DNA of 64,000 nucleotides from an uncultured Clostridia bacterium (GTDB taxonomy: Bacteria; Bacillota; Clostridia; TANB77; CAG-508): NCBI GenBank assembly GCA_944387445.1, contig CALXEX010000006.1:4884-68883 (forward strand), read 5' to 3'. The notes under the pieces were generated by a model. That model did no database searches, had not been told where the DNA came from, and saw only the letters and a program-made list of their open reading frames with translations. This document shows, in pieces, positions 19,949-29,759 of the stretch (position 1 is the first letter of the stretch; every line of letters starts with the position of its first letter). The translations under genes were made by a program, and so were the position numbers.

Positions 19949-22143
19949 GTTGAACTTTAACATAAGATGTATTTAAATTTGTATAAATCTGTACTATTGA
20001 ATTTACCTTTAAAGTTGAACTTTAACATAAGATGTATTTAAATTTATATCCATTCCTATTAATAAGTCTGCTCCTTCTGTTGAACTTTAACATAAGATGT
20101 ATTTAAATTTTCTGAGCAAGGCTTGTACACCTTGCTCTATTGCGTTGAACTTTAACATAAGATGTATTTAAATTAAGCTTCTTGCGAAGTTATCCATTCT
20201 TCTCTATCCAGTTGAACTTTAACATAAGATGTATTTAAATAAATGTGAGATACAAACCTTTACATTAAACAAAGAGTTGAACTTTAACATAAGATGTATT
20301 TAAATGAATGACAAAGTCTACAAATTGGAATAACTAATCCGTTGAACTTTAACATAAGATGTATTTAAATAAAGGAGGTGCGGGAGAAGTTGGAGGATAA
20401 TTTCTGTTGAACTTTAACATAAGATGTATTTAAATAAGAAGAACTATAAATAATGAAGTTATAACAGAAAAAGTTGAACTTTAACATAAGATGTATTTAA
20501 ATTCTTTTTTCAAAAATTGATTAATAACAAATTTTGATGTTGAACTTTAACATAAGATGTATTTAAATGTAATAATTTTTTTAAAATCTGAAAGTGCGTT
20601 ACTTGTTGAACTTTAACATAAGATGTATTTAAATGTAAAATAGTTATCAACATAACTTTTTAATTCATTAAGTTGAACTTTAACATAAGATGTATTTAAA
20701 TTGAAATGATTTTAGATTTAGTCGACGCACACGACTACGTTGAACTTTAACATAAGATGTATTTAAATTTCTTCTGGTGGAAAGACTATGACCATAGGAC
20801 AAGCGTTGAACTTTAACATAAGATGTATTTAAATTATTATGATACGGAAGAGTATGGTTTATTTTCTTCGTTGAACTTTAACATAAGATGTATTTAAATT
20901 ATAGCCGGTTTGCAACCTAAAAATAGCAAGAAAGTTGAACTTTAACATAAGATGTATTTAAATGGTGATAAATTTGAAATATCCTCAAAAGATGAACCGT
21001 TGAACTTTAACATAAGATGTATTTAAATAAGTTTAAATGGGTTTTATATTCAAAAAAATTAAGGTTGAACTTTAACATAAGATGTATTTAAATAAGTTCC
21101 ATGATGAAGGAGATTGTAATGCTTTCCAAGTTGAACTTTAACATAAGATGTATTTAAATAATGGTGATGTTGAGAATATTCTCCAACTATGTAACGTTGA
21201 ACTTTAACATAAGATGTATTTAAATAACACAAGATATAAAAACGCATTTTTAAATGCTGTGTTGAACTTTAACATAAGATGTATTTAAATCAGTTGCAAG
21301 TACAACTTAAAATATAGATAGCTTTTGTTGAACTTTAACATAAGATGTATTTAAATAATGATAACAATTGAGATTAAAGATAATATAAAAACGTTGAACT
21401 TTAACATAAGATGTATTTAAATTAATTATATTGTGTTACATAAACACCTTCTTTGACAGTTGAACTTTAACATAAGATGTATTTAAATGAAAATGCATCT
21501 ACGTCATTTACTATTGCTTTTACGTTGAACTTTAACATAAGATGTATTTAAATTTTATCTTTGGTTTATTATTCAAATAATTATAATTGGTTGAACTTTA
21601 ACATAAGATGTATTTAAATTATTTGTAACAACCTATATCTATATTTTCTTTTTCTGTTGAACTTTAACATAAGATGTATTTAAATTCGTAATCTAGCTCG
21701 TCAGTGTCAGAAGGATTTATTGTTGAACTTTAACATAAGATGTATTTAAATACCGCTCAAGACTTAAAATCTTCAAATTTTAATAAAGGTTGAACTTTAA
21801 CATAAGATGTATTTAAATACTGGTGTTTATGCTAATAAAAATTGGTTTACTAAGTTGAACTTTAACATAAGATGTATTTAAATGAAAATTCTTCTTCAGA
21901 AGTTGCAGCTTCATCAGGTTGAACTTTAACATAAGATGTATTTAAATAAGAAAATTAAGATTTTAAAAATTTGCAATTTGTAAGTTGAACTTTAACATAA
22001 GATGTATTTAAATTCACCTGCTTGTGCTAGTTTTCCTAATTCATAAAGAGTTGAACCTTAACATGAGACATATTTAAATTCTATTGAATCTTGTACTGAT
22101 GAGTTTTGTCTTGGTTAAACTTTAACATAGTATGTATTGCTCT
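19949..22143 (+). CRISPR. CRISPR array: 34 repeats of 30 nt (GTTGAACTTTAACATAAGATGTATTTAAAT) and 33 spacers of about 34-37 nt
   Basis: Counted by hand. Repeats 1-32 are identical. Repeat 33 (22050-22079, GTTGAACCTTAACATGAGACATATTTAAAT) and repeat 34 (22114-22143, GTTAAACTTTAACATAGTATGTATTGCTCT) are degenerate. Confidence 0.97.
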
Positions 22144-22212
22144 ATATTAGACTTTTATATATTTAATTTGGATTATATAACTTAAAAAAATGCAATCAGA
22201 TTATAGCGCGAA

Positions 22213-23160
22213 TTATGTATATTGATGACATTCCAACATCATAGGCGTAAATCTTATCCCATCTACAACCTGCTCAGAAGAAACATCAGAAAATCCAAAC
22301 TTATGATACACCTCAACAGCATAAGGAGAGGAATTAACAGTAATCGTTTTTAAAGAAGGATTATTTTCTTTACATATTTTTAAAACATCATTAAATAATC
22401 TTCTAGCAATACCTTGTTTATGATACTGCTTATCCACAAATAATAATGAAATGTGGACAAAATTTTTAACAGCAATCATACCTACAATAATATCATTAAC
22501 AAAACATCCGTAAAAATATAAAGAACCATTAGAATATTGTTCTGACATATTATTTATATCAATGAATTTATAAAATGAAGTAATTCCTTCTTCAGAATAA
22601 TAAGGTGCTTCAAATTCGTCAAAAACTTTACGTACTAAGTCTAAAGTTTCTGATAGCTCTTCTTGTTTGATTTTTTTATATTCTAACTGAAAACTTTTCT
22701 CCATCAAATACATATTTTCCTCATTTAAAACCTTTTGATTATCTTTATATCGATATCCTAATTTATAATAAAACTCATGAGCAGTAATAGAAGCAGGAAT
22801 AATTAACTTTTTAAAATTAGAATGAATAGCATAATCTTCAATTGCTTTAATTAATAGGCGACCAATACCTTCACCATGATTTTCAGGTTTTACAAAAACA
22901 GTTAGAATATAATATTCATCTGGATTGTACCAAGAAACATCTATACCAGCAGTGCCGACAACTTCATCATCTTTTATGGCAACAAATACTTTTTTTCTGC
23001 TTTTTAAAGCATCTTTTAATTTTTCTACTGTAAAATCCTTTGCCATTTCTTGTACTTTAGCTACACCATAATCTCTTACATTTACTTCTAATAGATTTCT
23101 AATAATAATTGTTGAAATTTGTTCAACATATGTTTCATCATATTCTTTAATTTCAATCAT
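22213..23160 (-). CDS. Tandem GNAT-family N-acetyltransferase (two acetyltransferase domains)
   Basis: 315 aa. Two acetyl-CoA-binding-like segments: HGEGIGRLLIKAIEDYA and HKQGIARRLFNDVLKIC. Confidence 0.8.
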   Translation of the reverse strand: MIEIKEYDETYVEQISTIIIRNLLEVNVRDYGVAKVQEMAKDFTVEKLKDALKSRKKVFVAIKDDEVVGTAGIDVSWYNPDEYYILTVFVKPENHGEGIGRLLIKAIEDYAIHSNFKKLIIPASITAHEFYYKLGYRYKDNQKVLNEENMYLMEKSFQLEYKKIKQEELSETLDLVRKVFDEFEAPYYSEEGITSFYKFIDINNMSEQYSNGSLYFYGCFVNDIIVGMIAVKNFVHISLLFVDKQYHKQGIARRLFNDVLKICKENNPSLKTITVNSSPYAVEVYHKFGFSDVSSEQVVDGIRFTPMMLECHQYT

Positions 23161-23220
23161 TCTATCAACTCCTATAAATAATTTTTTAGATATAATACCA
23201 GATAAAGCATGTTTCCTACC

Positions 23221-23991
23221 TTAGATAACCTCTTTTTCACCTAAATCTTCAGAAAATCTTAGCAAATATCCATCTGGATCTTGTACCAAAAATTCTTTAT
23301 TTCCAAGTAATTTATTATCTTGTCTATACCAATTTTCCTCAATATCAAAGGCAATTGGATAGTTAGGTTCTTTTAATTTTGAATAAATTCTATCAACAGA
23401 ATCTACTTCTAATTGAAAATTGACACCGTTTCCAAAAGGATAGGTAAGAGGAGCTAAGTCCCATTTATCATTATCGGATAATTCTTGTAACATAAATTGA
23501 ATATCTCCCATTGAAAGAAATGCAAATTTATTTTCAGGTCTTTCATACTCTACTTTAAATCCAATAGTTTTGTAGAATGTAAGACTATTTTCTAAATTAC
23601 TTACAGAAAGTTCAGGAATGTTTTTATTAAATACAAGCTCATTATTATCTCGAATAATTTCACTTTCAAAAAAACGTTCTTGAAATTCTGTTAATACTCT
23701 AATTTGTTCATTTGAATAATTTCTGCCTTCAGGAACAACAATTAATTTATCATCATTATTATTTGTTCTATGAATAATGGCAATACATTTTCCTTGAAAG
23801 GTTTCCAATGGTTCAAATACACCTAATATATAGCAATCCAATTCTTCATTATCGCCACTTATAGTATTGGGAACATATCCATAATTCACAGGATAGATAT
23901 GATTTGGGTATTTTTCAGAATGTTTACTGCCTAATGGCTTATCTATTATGACATCAACTATTTTATCTAAAAAATCTCTACTATTTGTCAT
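23221..23991 (-). CDS. Fusion of an inorganic-diphosphatase-like domain and a VOC/glyoxalase-bleomycin-resistance-like domain
   Basis: N-terminus IDKPLGSKHSEKYPNHIYPVNYGYVPNTISGDNEELDCYILGV. C-terminus LENSLTFYKTIGFKVEYERPENKFAFLSMGDIQFMLQE...DPDGYLLRF. Confidence 0.65.
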   Translation of the reverse strand: MTNSRDFLDKIVDVIIDKPLGSKHSEKYPNHIYPVNYGYVPNTISGDNEELDCYILGVFEPLETFQGKCIAIIHRTNNNDDKLIVVPEGRNYSNEQIRVLTEFQERFFESEIIRDNNELVFNKNIPELSVSNLENSLTFYKTIGFKVEYERPENKFAFLSMGDIQFMLQELSDNDKWDLAPLTYPFGNGVNFQLEVDSVDRIYSKLKEPNYPIAFDIEENWYRQDNKLLGNKEFLVQDPDGYLLRFSEDLGEKEVI

Positions 23992-24182
23992 TTTTATATT
24001 CCTTCCTTTATCAAAATATAGATATTTGTAATCAAAGTATATTATGAAATTTTATAAAATTCAATAAGTCCTTAAATATTTACATTCGGTTTTATCCGTG
24101 ATAAAATAAGCACAGAAAATATAAGTGAGAATATAAGTTACAAGATAAGCAAAAAGATGTCAGAGAAAGAAAGGTGAACAAA

Positions 24183-24713
24183 ATGAAAATATTAATGGGA
24201 ACAAAAAACCAAGGGAAAATAGAAGGTGTTAAGAGAGCTTTTAAAAGATATTTTGATCATGTTGAAATAGAAGGAATACCAGTTGATTCAGAGGTAGGAG
24301 CACAGCCGATTAATAAAGAGATTGTTATCGGTGCGAGAAACAGAGTAAAAAACTTAAAAGAATATGCTAAGAAAAATAACATAGATGTAGATTATTATGT
24401 AGCAAGTGAAGCAGGGATTACAGATTTATTAGATGAATGGATAGATATTAATGCAGTTGTGATTGAAAATAAAGAAGGAAAACAAAGTGTAGGAACCAGT
24501 CAGGGATTTCCAATAGATGCAAAATATATAGATGAAATAACCAGTACAGAGCTTGGAAAAGTAATGGATAGAATCTTTAAAAGTCATGGATTAAATACAG
24601 GAAAAGGTGGTATTAGTATTTTAACACATGATGAAGTATCTAGAATTGATTTAACAGAAAATGCTTGTGTTATGGCTTTAATTAAATATATTAATCAAGG
24701 TATATGGGAATAA
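24183..24713 (+). CDS. YjjX-type non-canonical purine NTP phosphatase (ITPase/XTPase, DUF84)
   Basis: MKILMGTKNQGKIEGVKRAF...VDSEVGAQP...ASEAG. ATG at 24183 preferred over the listed GTG at 24174. Confidence 0.7.
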   Translation: MKILMGTKNQGKIEGVKRAFKRYFDHVEIEGIPVDSEVGAQPINKEIVIGARNRVKNLKEYAKKNNIDVDYYVASEAGITDLLDEWIDINAVVIENKEGKQSVGTSQGFPIDAKYIDEITSTELGKVMDRIFKSHGLNTGKGGISILTHDEVSRIDLTENACVMALIKYINQGIWE

Positions 24714-24799
24714 ATTTTTTATAAAAAATATCCAGATGCAAAACAAACATATTGATTTGAACTAATAGAAGAATAAACGAAATAAAAGGAGTAATGGTT

Positions 24800-25210
24800 A
24801 TGAAAATATTAGTGATTTGTAGTAAAGCATTTTATAATAGAATTGAACCAATTAAACAAAAATTAGAAGAAATGGGACATAGTATAGAATTACCAAATTC
24901 ATATGATAACCCAGGAGCTGAAAAAGAAGCTTGGGAGTTAGGAGATAAAGCACATTCTGAATTTAAGAAAAGAATGTTTCAACGAAGTGAAGCAACGATT
25001 TCAAATATGGACGCTGTATTAACTCTAAACTTTGACAAAAATGGACAACAAAACTATATTGGTGGAGCAACATTTTTAGAATTATATGAGGCATTTATGA
25101 AGAATAAAAAAATTTATTTATATAATGATATTCCTGAAGGAATGTTATATGATGAAATAGCAGGATTTTCACCAATTATTATAAATGGTAATTTGGATTT
25201 AGTAAAATAA
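24800..25210 (+). CDS. Small Rossmann-like protein, tentatively nucleoside 2-deoxyribosyltransferase-like
   Basis: MKILVICSKAFY...DAVLTLNFDKNGQQNYIGGATFLELYEAF. The assignment is tentative. The second ATG has better spacing from aaggag. Confidence 0.35.
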   Translation: MKILVICSKAFYNRIEPIKQKLEEMGHSIELPNSYDNPGAEKEAWELGDKAHSEFKKRMFQRSEATISNMDAVLTLNFDKNGQQNYIGGATFLELYEAFMKNKKIYLYNDIPEGMLYDEIAGFSPIIINGNLDLVK

Positions 25211-25264
25211 AGAATATAAAGATATCAAACAAATCTTATTTGTAAATAAAAATAGGAGTAAAAA

Positions 25265-25891
25265 ATGAACATTTTAGAAATATATAATAAATATCATTTA
25301 CCAGAAAATCTACAAATGCATATGTTAAGAGTAACAGCATGTACAAACTTGATTTTAGATAACTGGACTGGAAAGTCAATAGATAGAGAAGCTATCACAA
25401 GAGTTTCTTTATTACATGATATGGGAAATATGGTAAAAATACCAGAAGAGGGACAAGATAGAGAATTTATAGAGATAAGAAGAAAATATTTTGAAGAATA
25501 TGGAACAAATGATCATGCAATCAATATGGTAATTGGAAAAAAAGAAGGTTTAACAGAAAAAGAATTAGAAATTTTAGATGGAAAACGTTCCAGAAAAAAT
25601 GAGCAAACAGCCAAATCAGATAATTATGAAATCAAGATATGTGCCTATTGTGACCAAAGAGTTGCACCAGATGGTGTAGTTAGTTTAAAAGAAAGATTAG
25701 AAGATGCAAAGATACGATATAAAGACAAACCACTATCTGTATGGTCTAATGAAGAAAAAGCAAATCAATTAATCAAGTGGGCATTAGAAATTGAAGAACA
25801 AGTCATGAGATATTGCAAATTAAAACCAGAAGATATTAATAATCAGTCAATACAAATATATATAGATAGATTAAAAGAATATGAAATATAG
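25265..25891 (+). CDS. HD-domain phosphohydrolase
   Basis: 208 aa with H...LLHDMGN (HD motif). Confidence 0.7.
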   Translation: MNILEIYNKYHLPENLQMHMLRVTACTNLILDNWTGKSIDREAITRVSLLHDMGNMVKIPEEGQDREFIEIRRKYFEEYGTNDHAINMVIGKKEGLTEKELEILDGKRSRKNEQTAKSDNYEIKICAYCDQRVAPDGVVSLKERLEDAKIRYKDKPLSVWSNEEKANQLIKWALEIEEQVMRYCKLKPEDINNQSIQIYIDRLKEYEI

Positions 25892-25902
25892 GAGTAACAA
25901 AC

Positions 25903-26430
25903 ATGGAAGAACTAATAGATGTTTTAAATGAAGATGGGACAAAAACAGGAAAAGTCGTAACCAGAAAAGAAGTACATGAAAAAGGCTTATGGCATAAGAT
26001 TGTTGTGATTGCAATTATTGATAAAGAAGGAAATGTATTAATGCAACAAAGAGCCAAAGATAAAGAAACCAATCCAGGAAAATGGGATATATCTGTTGCA
26101 GGACATGTGTCAGCAGGACAAACTTCTATAGAATCAGCCATTAGAGAAGTAAAAGAAGAAATCGGAATGGATGTAGAAGAAAAAGACTTGCAATATATGC
26201 TAACTTATCAAACAGGAAGAAAAGTAAAAGACAATTTTTATGCGAATCATATCTTTGATGTTTACTTGGTAAAAACAGAAGGAATAGATATATCAAAGAT
26301 AAAAATTCAAGAAAGTGAAGTAGAACAAGTAAAATTGTGTAATCTAGAAGAAGTACAAAATATGCTTTCTAATAACTTAGTAGCAGAAAGAAAACCTGTA
26401 TATGAAATGTTAATAAAATATTTAAAATAA
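25903..26430 (+). CDS. NUDIX hydrolase
   Basis: Nudix box GHVSAGQTSIESAIREVKEEIGMDV. Confidence 0.85.
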   Translation: MEELIDVLNEDGTKTGKVVTRKEVHEKGLWHKIVVIAIIDKEGNVLMQQRAKDKETNPGKWDISVAGHVSAGQTSIESAIREVKEEIGMDVEEKDLQYMLTYQTGRKVKDNFYANHIFDVYLVKTEGIDISKIKIQESEVEQVKLCNLEEVQNMLSNNLVAERKPVYEMLIKYLK

Positions 26431-26447
26431 TAGGAAAGGTATAAAAT

Positions 26448-26915
26448 ATGATTAAAGTATTATTTGTATGCTTGGGAAATATTTGTAGATCTCCTATGGC
26501 AGAATATGTATTCAAAGATATGGTAAAAAAGAAAGGATTAGAAAAGCAATTCTATATTGCTTCATCAGCGACAAGTTATGAAGAAGTAGGAAATGATATG
26601 CATTATGGAACCAAAGATAAATTAGACGAAAAAGGAATACCATATACAAAACATAAAGCGAGAAGAATTGAAAAACAAGATTATGAAAAATATGACTATA
26701 TCATTGGGATGGAAGAAAGTAACATTCGAAATATCCTAAGAATTGTCGGAAATGATAAAGACAATAAAATATATAAACTTTTAGATTTTTCAAAAAATCC
26801 AAGAGATATTGCAGACCCATGGTATACAGGAAATTTTACAGTTACATATAATGACATTGTAGAAGGATGTATAGGTTTTTTAGATTATTTAAAAAGAAAA
26901 AACATCGTAAAATAA
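26448..26915 (+). CDS. Low-molecular-weight protein-tyrosine phosphatase
   Basis: Active-site loop VCLGNICRSPMAE near the N-terminus, and DPWY near the C-terminus. Confidence 0.85.
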   Translation: MIKVLFVCLGNICRSPMAEYVFKDMVKKKGLEKQFYIASSATSYEEVGNDMHYGTKDKLDEKGIPYTKHKARRIEKQDYEKYDYIIGMEESNIRNILRIVGNDKDNKIYKLLDFSKNPRDIADPWYTGNFTVTYNDIVEGCIGFLDYLKRKNIVK

Positions 26916-26969
26916 AGGGGATGATTGAAAAATAATTACAGTTTTGGGGTTGCATAGTGGCAAACTTCA

Positions 26970-27016
26970 TTTGAAATTTATTCAACGTACAAATCGTACG
27001 TTGAATAAATTTCAAA
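26970..27016. terminator. Perfect 21-bp hairpin after the phosphatase gene
   Basis: tttgaaatttattcaacgtac / gtacgttgaataaatttcaaa with loop aaatc. The T-run after it is only weak. Confidence 0.5.
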
Positions 27017-27085
27017 TTGGTTTTCCTAGCCAAGATTTAATTTTTTCAATCAGATTTACGACCAAGAAAGGGATTTGAAATAACA

Positions 27086-27820
27086 ATGGCAAATACGTAT
27101 ATAAAAATTAAAGAAAAAGAAATTCCAGTTATTATCAGAAATTATAGACATACGAATTCTATAAAAATATATTTCAGAGGGAATATATTAAACATTAGCA
27201 AATCTAAATATTTATCTAAAAAAAGAATGTTAGAATTTATTAAACAAAATGAAGAACAAATCTATAAACAATATTTAAAAATCATTTCTAAAGAAAATGA
27301 CAAAATGAAACATTGGTATACAGGAGAAAAGATAAGCTATAAAGGTGAAGATTTTTGTGTGCAAATAGAATATGTAAACAAAAAAAGGCTAAAAATTATT
27401 TTAGATGAAGAAAATAAACGATTTATTATAGAAATACCAGAGGAATTAAAAGATGAAGATAATAAAGCAATCATTGATAAATATGTAAAAAGATTTCTTG
27501 GCATAAAAACAAAGGAATATCTAGAAAATCGATTACCATATTGGAGTCAGAAAATGAAAACAGAGTATCAGACGTGTAAGGTAGGAGATGCAATCAGTAA
27601 ATATGGTAGCTGTATTCCAAGTAAAAAAGCACTTCATTTTAGCAATAGACTAATCATGTTACCAGAAGATAAAATAGATGCCATTATTGTTCATGAATTA
27701 GCACATATGACATATGCAAATCACAGTGATAAGTTTTATCAATTAATTCTAGAATATATACCAAATTATTTTAAAATTGATAAATGGTTAAAGAAAAATG
27801 TAAAAAGGGTTATGATATAA
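27086..27820 (+). CDS. YgjP-like (DUF45) zinc metallohydrolase
   Basis: 244 aa. HELAHMTYANHSDKFY (HExxH plus the typical downstream context). Confidence 0.75.
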   Translation: MANTYIKIKEKEIPVIIRNYRHTNSIKIYFRGNILNISKSKYLSKKRMLEFIKQNEEQIYKQYLKIISKENDKMKHWYTGEKISYKGEDFCVQIEYVNKKRLKIILDEENKRFIIEIPEELKDEDNKAIIDKYVKRFLGIKTKEYLENRLPYWSQKMKTEYQTCKVGDAISKYGSCIPSKKALHFSNRLIMLPEDKIDAIIVHELAHMTYANHSDKFYQLILEYIPNYFKIDKWLKKNVKRVMI

Positions 27821-27835
27821 CATTTTGTTCAATTT

Positions 27836-27881
27836 GGGACTATTGGGACCAGGTCCAAACGGACCTGGTCTCAATAGTCCC
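27836..27881. terminator. GC-rich bidirectional terminator between convergent genes
   Basis: gggactattgggaccaggtcc / ggacctggtctcaatagtccc: a 21-bp stem with one G-U pair and loop aaac. Confidence 0.7.
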
Positions 27882-28799
27882 TTAATCATTTTTATAGTAT
27901 TTTCCTTGATACAAATTTTCTTCTTTTAATTTTTTATCTAAACCATTTAATATCCACTTTTTGTGTAAATCCCATTTGGGCGCAATTAATAGATCTTTAG
28001 GGGCATCACCAGATATTCTATGAATGACAATGTCAGGAGAGATATGTGAAAGAATATATGCCAAACAATCTAAGTAATATTCTAAAGAAATGGGGATATA
28101 TTGTTTTTGGTTATACATATCAGCTAGCACAGTATTTTCCACTACATAAGTATTATGAATTTTTAATCCTTGAATAAAATGTTGGTTTATAAAGTTTACT
28201 GTATTTTGCATATCATAAAAATTTTCATTTGGTAATCCCACCATCATATGTGCAATCACATCAATATGGTATTTGTTGAGTAATTCAACAGCTCTTGTAA
28301 ATTGAGCATTTGAATATTGCCTATTTACAAAATTTCCAATTGCCTCATTAGATGTTTGTAATCCTAATTCTACAGATACGTAATACTTTTTGGTATAGGA
28401 ATATAAAAGTTTTACTATATCTTCATTAATACAATCAGGTCTCGTAGCAATAGACAATCCAATAATTTTCGGATTAATTAATGCACTATCATATTTTTTC
28501 TTTAAATTCTCAAGAGAATCATATGTATTGGAGAAATTTTGAAAATAAACAATAAATTTATTAGCTCGATTAGAACGAGGACTGTTAAAGTAATCTTCTA
28601 CTTGTTCAGAGATATCTTTATAGGGATTTAAGTGTTCTCCTGAACCACATTCACTACAAAAGATACAACCAGAATGGCTTAAAGTTCCGTCACGATTAGG
28701 ACAAGTAAAATGCCCATTAATACAAATTTTTAAAACTCTTTCGCCAAATCGTTTTATATAATATTCATTTAATTTTGTGTATCTATATAAACTTTCCAT
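27882..28799 (-). CDS. Radical SAM protein of the TIGR01212 (YhcC-like) family
   Basis: 305 aa. NGHFTCPNRDGTLSHSGCIFCSECGSGE, and a TIM-barrel-like remainder. Confidence 0.85.
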   Translation of the reverse strand: MESLYRYTKLNEYYIKRFGERVLKICINGHFTCPNRDGTLSHSGCIFCSECGSGEHLNPYKDISEQVEDYFNSPRSNRANKFIVYFQNFSNTYDSLENLKKKYDSALINPKIIGLSIATRPDCINEDIVKLLYSYTKKYYVSVELGLQTSNEAIGNFVNRQYSNAQFTRAVELLNKYHIDVIAHMMVGLPNENFYDMQNTVNFINQHFIQGLKIHNTYVVENTVLADMYNQKQYIPISLEYYLDCLAYILSHISPDIVIHRISGDAPKDLLIAPKWDLHKKWILNGLDKKLKEENLYQGKYYKND

Positions 28800-28840
28800 A
28801 ATACATACAGTATATCAAAAATAGAAGAAAATAACAATTA

Positions 28841-28959
28841 AAAAAAGATGATTTTGGGGACGGAGAAAAAAATCATCGTTTAGTATACTGTATTTATATG
28901 AAATAAAGTAAAACCTAAAAACGATGATTTTTTTCTCCGTCCCCAAAATCATCTTTTTT
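28841..28959. repeat. Perfect 41-bp inverted repeat separated by 37 nt
   Basis: 28841-28881 aaaaaagatgattttggggacggagaaaaaaatcatcgttt is the exact reverse complement of 28919-28959. Each arm also contains its own 9-bp sub-hairpin, gatgatttt...aaaatcatc. Confidence 0.9.
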
Positions 28960-29094
28960 CAATTTTGATAATATAAAATCTAACAATATTGACAAAAGAA
29001 ATAAGAATAAGAAAAAAGTAAGAAGTATTAAGAGTTGTCTAGCTTGTTCTTCTTTTGGCAAATTATATAGATAAATTAAAAAATTACTTATCAT
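28915..29094 (-). CDS. Possible small membrane protein
   Basis: 59 aa from the ATG with aaggtgg 8 nt upstream. One clear TM (LLILLTFFLFLFLLSILLDFIL). The 3' end lies inside the right arm of the inverted repeat. Confidence 0.3.
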   Translation of the reverse strand: MISNFLIYLYNLPKEEQARQLLILLTFFLFLFLLSILLDFILSKLKKDDFGDGEKNHRF

Positions 29095-29210
29095 AAACCA
29101 TTCCACCTTTTATAATATCTTATATGGAATATTTTATGAAAGTAATATATTAAAATCAATACAATATATTCAAAATAATACAAAAAGCACAAAAAAGTTT
29201 AAGAAATCGA

Positions 29211-29558
29211 CTAATTTTTTATGAAAATAGCAATATCTTTAAGAACATTTATAGCTTTTACAATTTCTTTATCACTGTAAACATTTAAAAGTTCTTTTGT
29301 TTTATTAATAACGGTATCATCAAAACCATATAAAATATAATCAGCAGAATGTCCACTTAAATCTCTAAGTTTTCTAATGTTTCTATACATTAGATTACCT
29401 CTACCTTCTTCAACTAATCCAAGAAACTGACTAGATATACCAATTTCTTTTGCTAATTGTGTTTTATTCATATGTAATTCATTTTCTCTAATATATTTTA
29501 TTCTTTTACCTCTTGAAATTTGTTCTTGTTTTTCTAATTCTAAATCAGATGTATTCAT
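29211..29558 (-). CDS. XRE-family HTH transcriptional regulator
   Basis: 115 aa. MNKTQLAKEIGISSQFLGLVEEGRGNL. Confidence 0.75.
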   Translation of the reverse strand: MNTSDLELEKQEQISRGKRIKYIRENELHMNKTQLAKEIGISSQFLGLVEEGRGNLMYRNIRKLRDLSGHSADYILYGFDDTVINKTKELLNVYSDKEIVKAINVLKDIAIFIKN

Positions 29559-29759
29559 TTAAAAATCCTCCTCTTACTATAAATGAACGATTATCTCTCG
29601 ATATCTCCATTTTTCTTAATATTTTATTTTTATATTATTAATTTTAATAACATTTTTAATAAGCACACTAAAAAGTGCACATTGTACATTTTTATTTAAT
29701 TTAAAAATTTATCTAGAAACTTTCTTTACCATTACCCCTCTTTATTCACACTGGATCTA

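Noticed and set aside
21059-21247. 62-aa minus-strand ORF
   Set aside because: It lies wholly inside the CRISPR array. Its sequence (LNTSYVKVQ repeated) is just the translated repeat.
28882-28918. Invertible (phase-variable) switch between the 41-bp inverted repeats
   Set aside because: The 37-nt segment between the arms carries no promoter-like or coding feature whose orientation would matter, and no recombinase gene lies adjacent.
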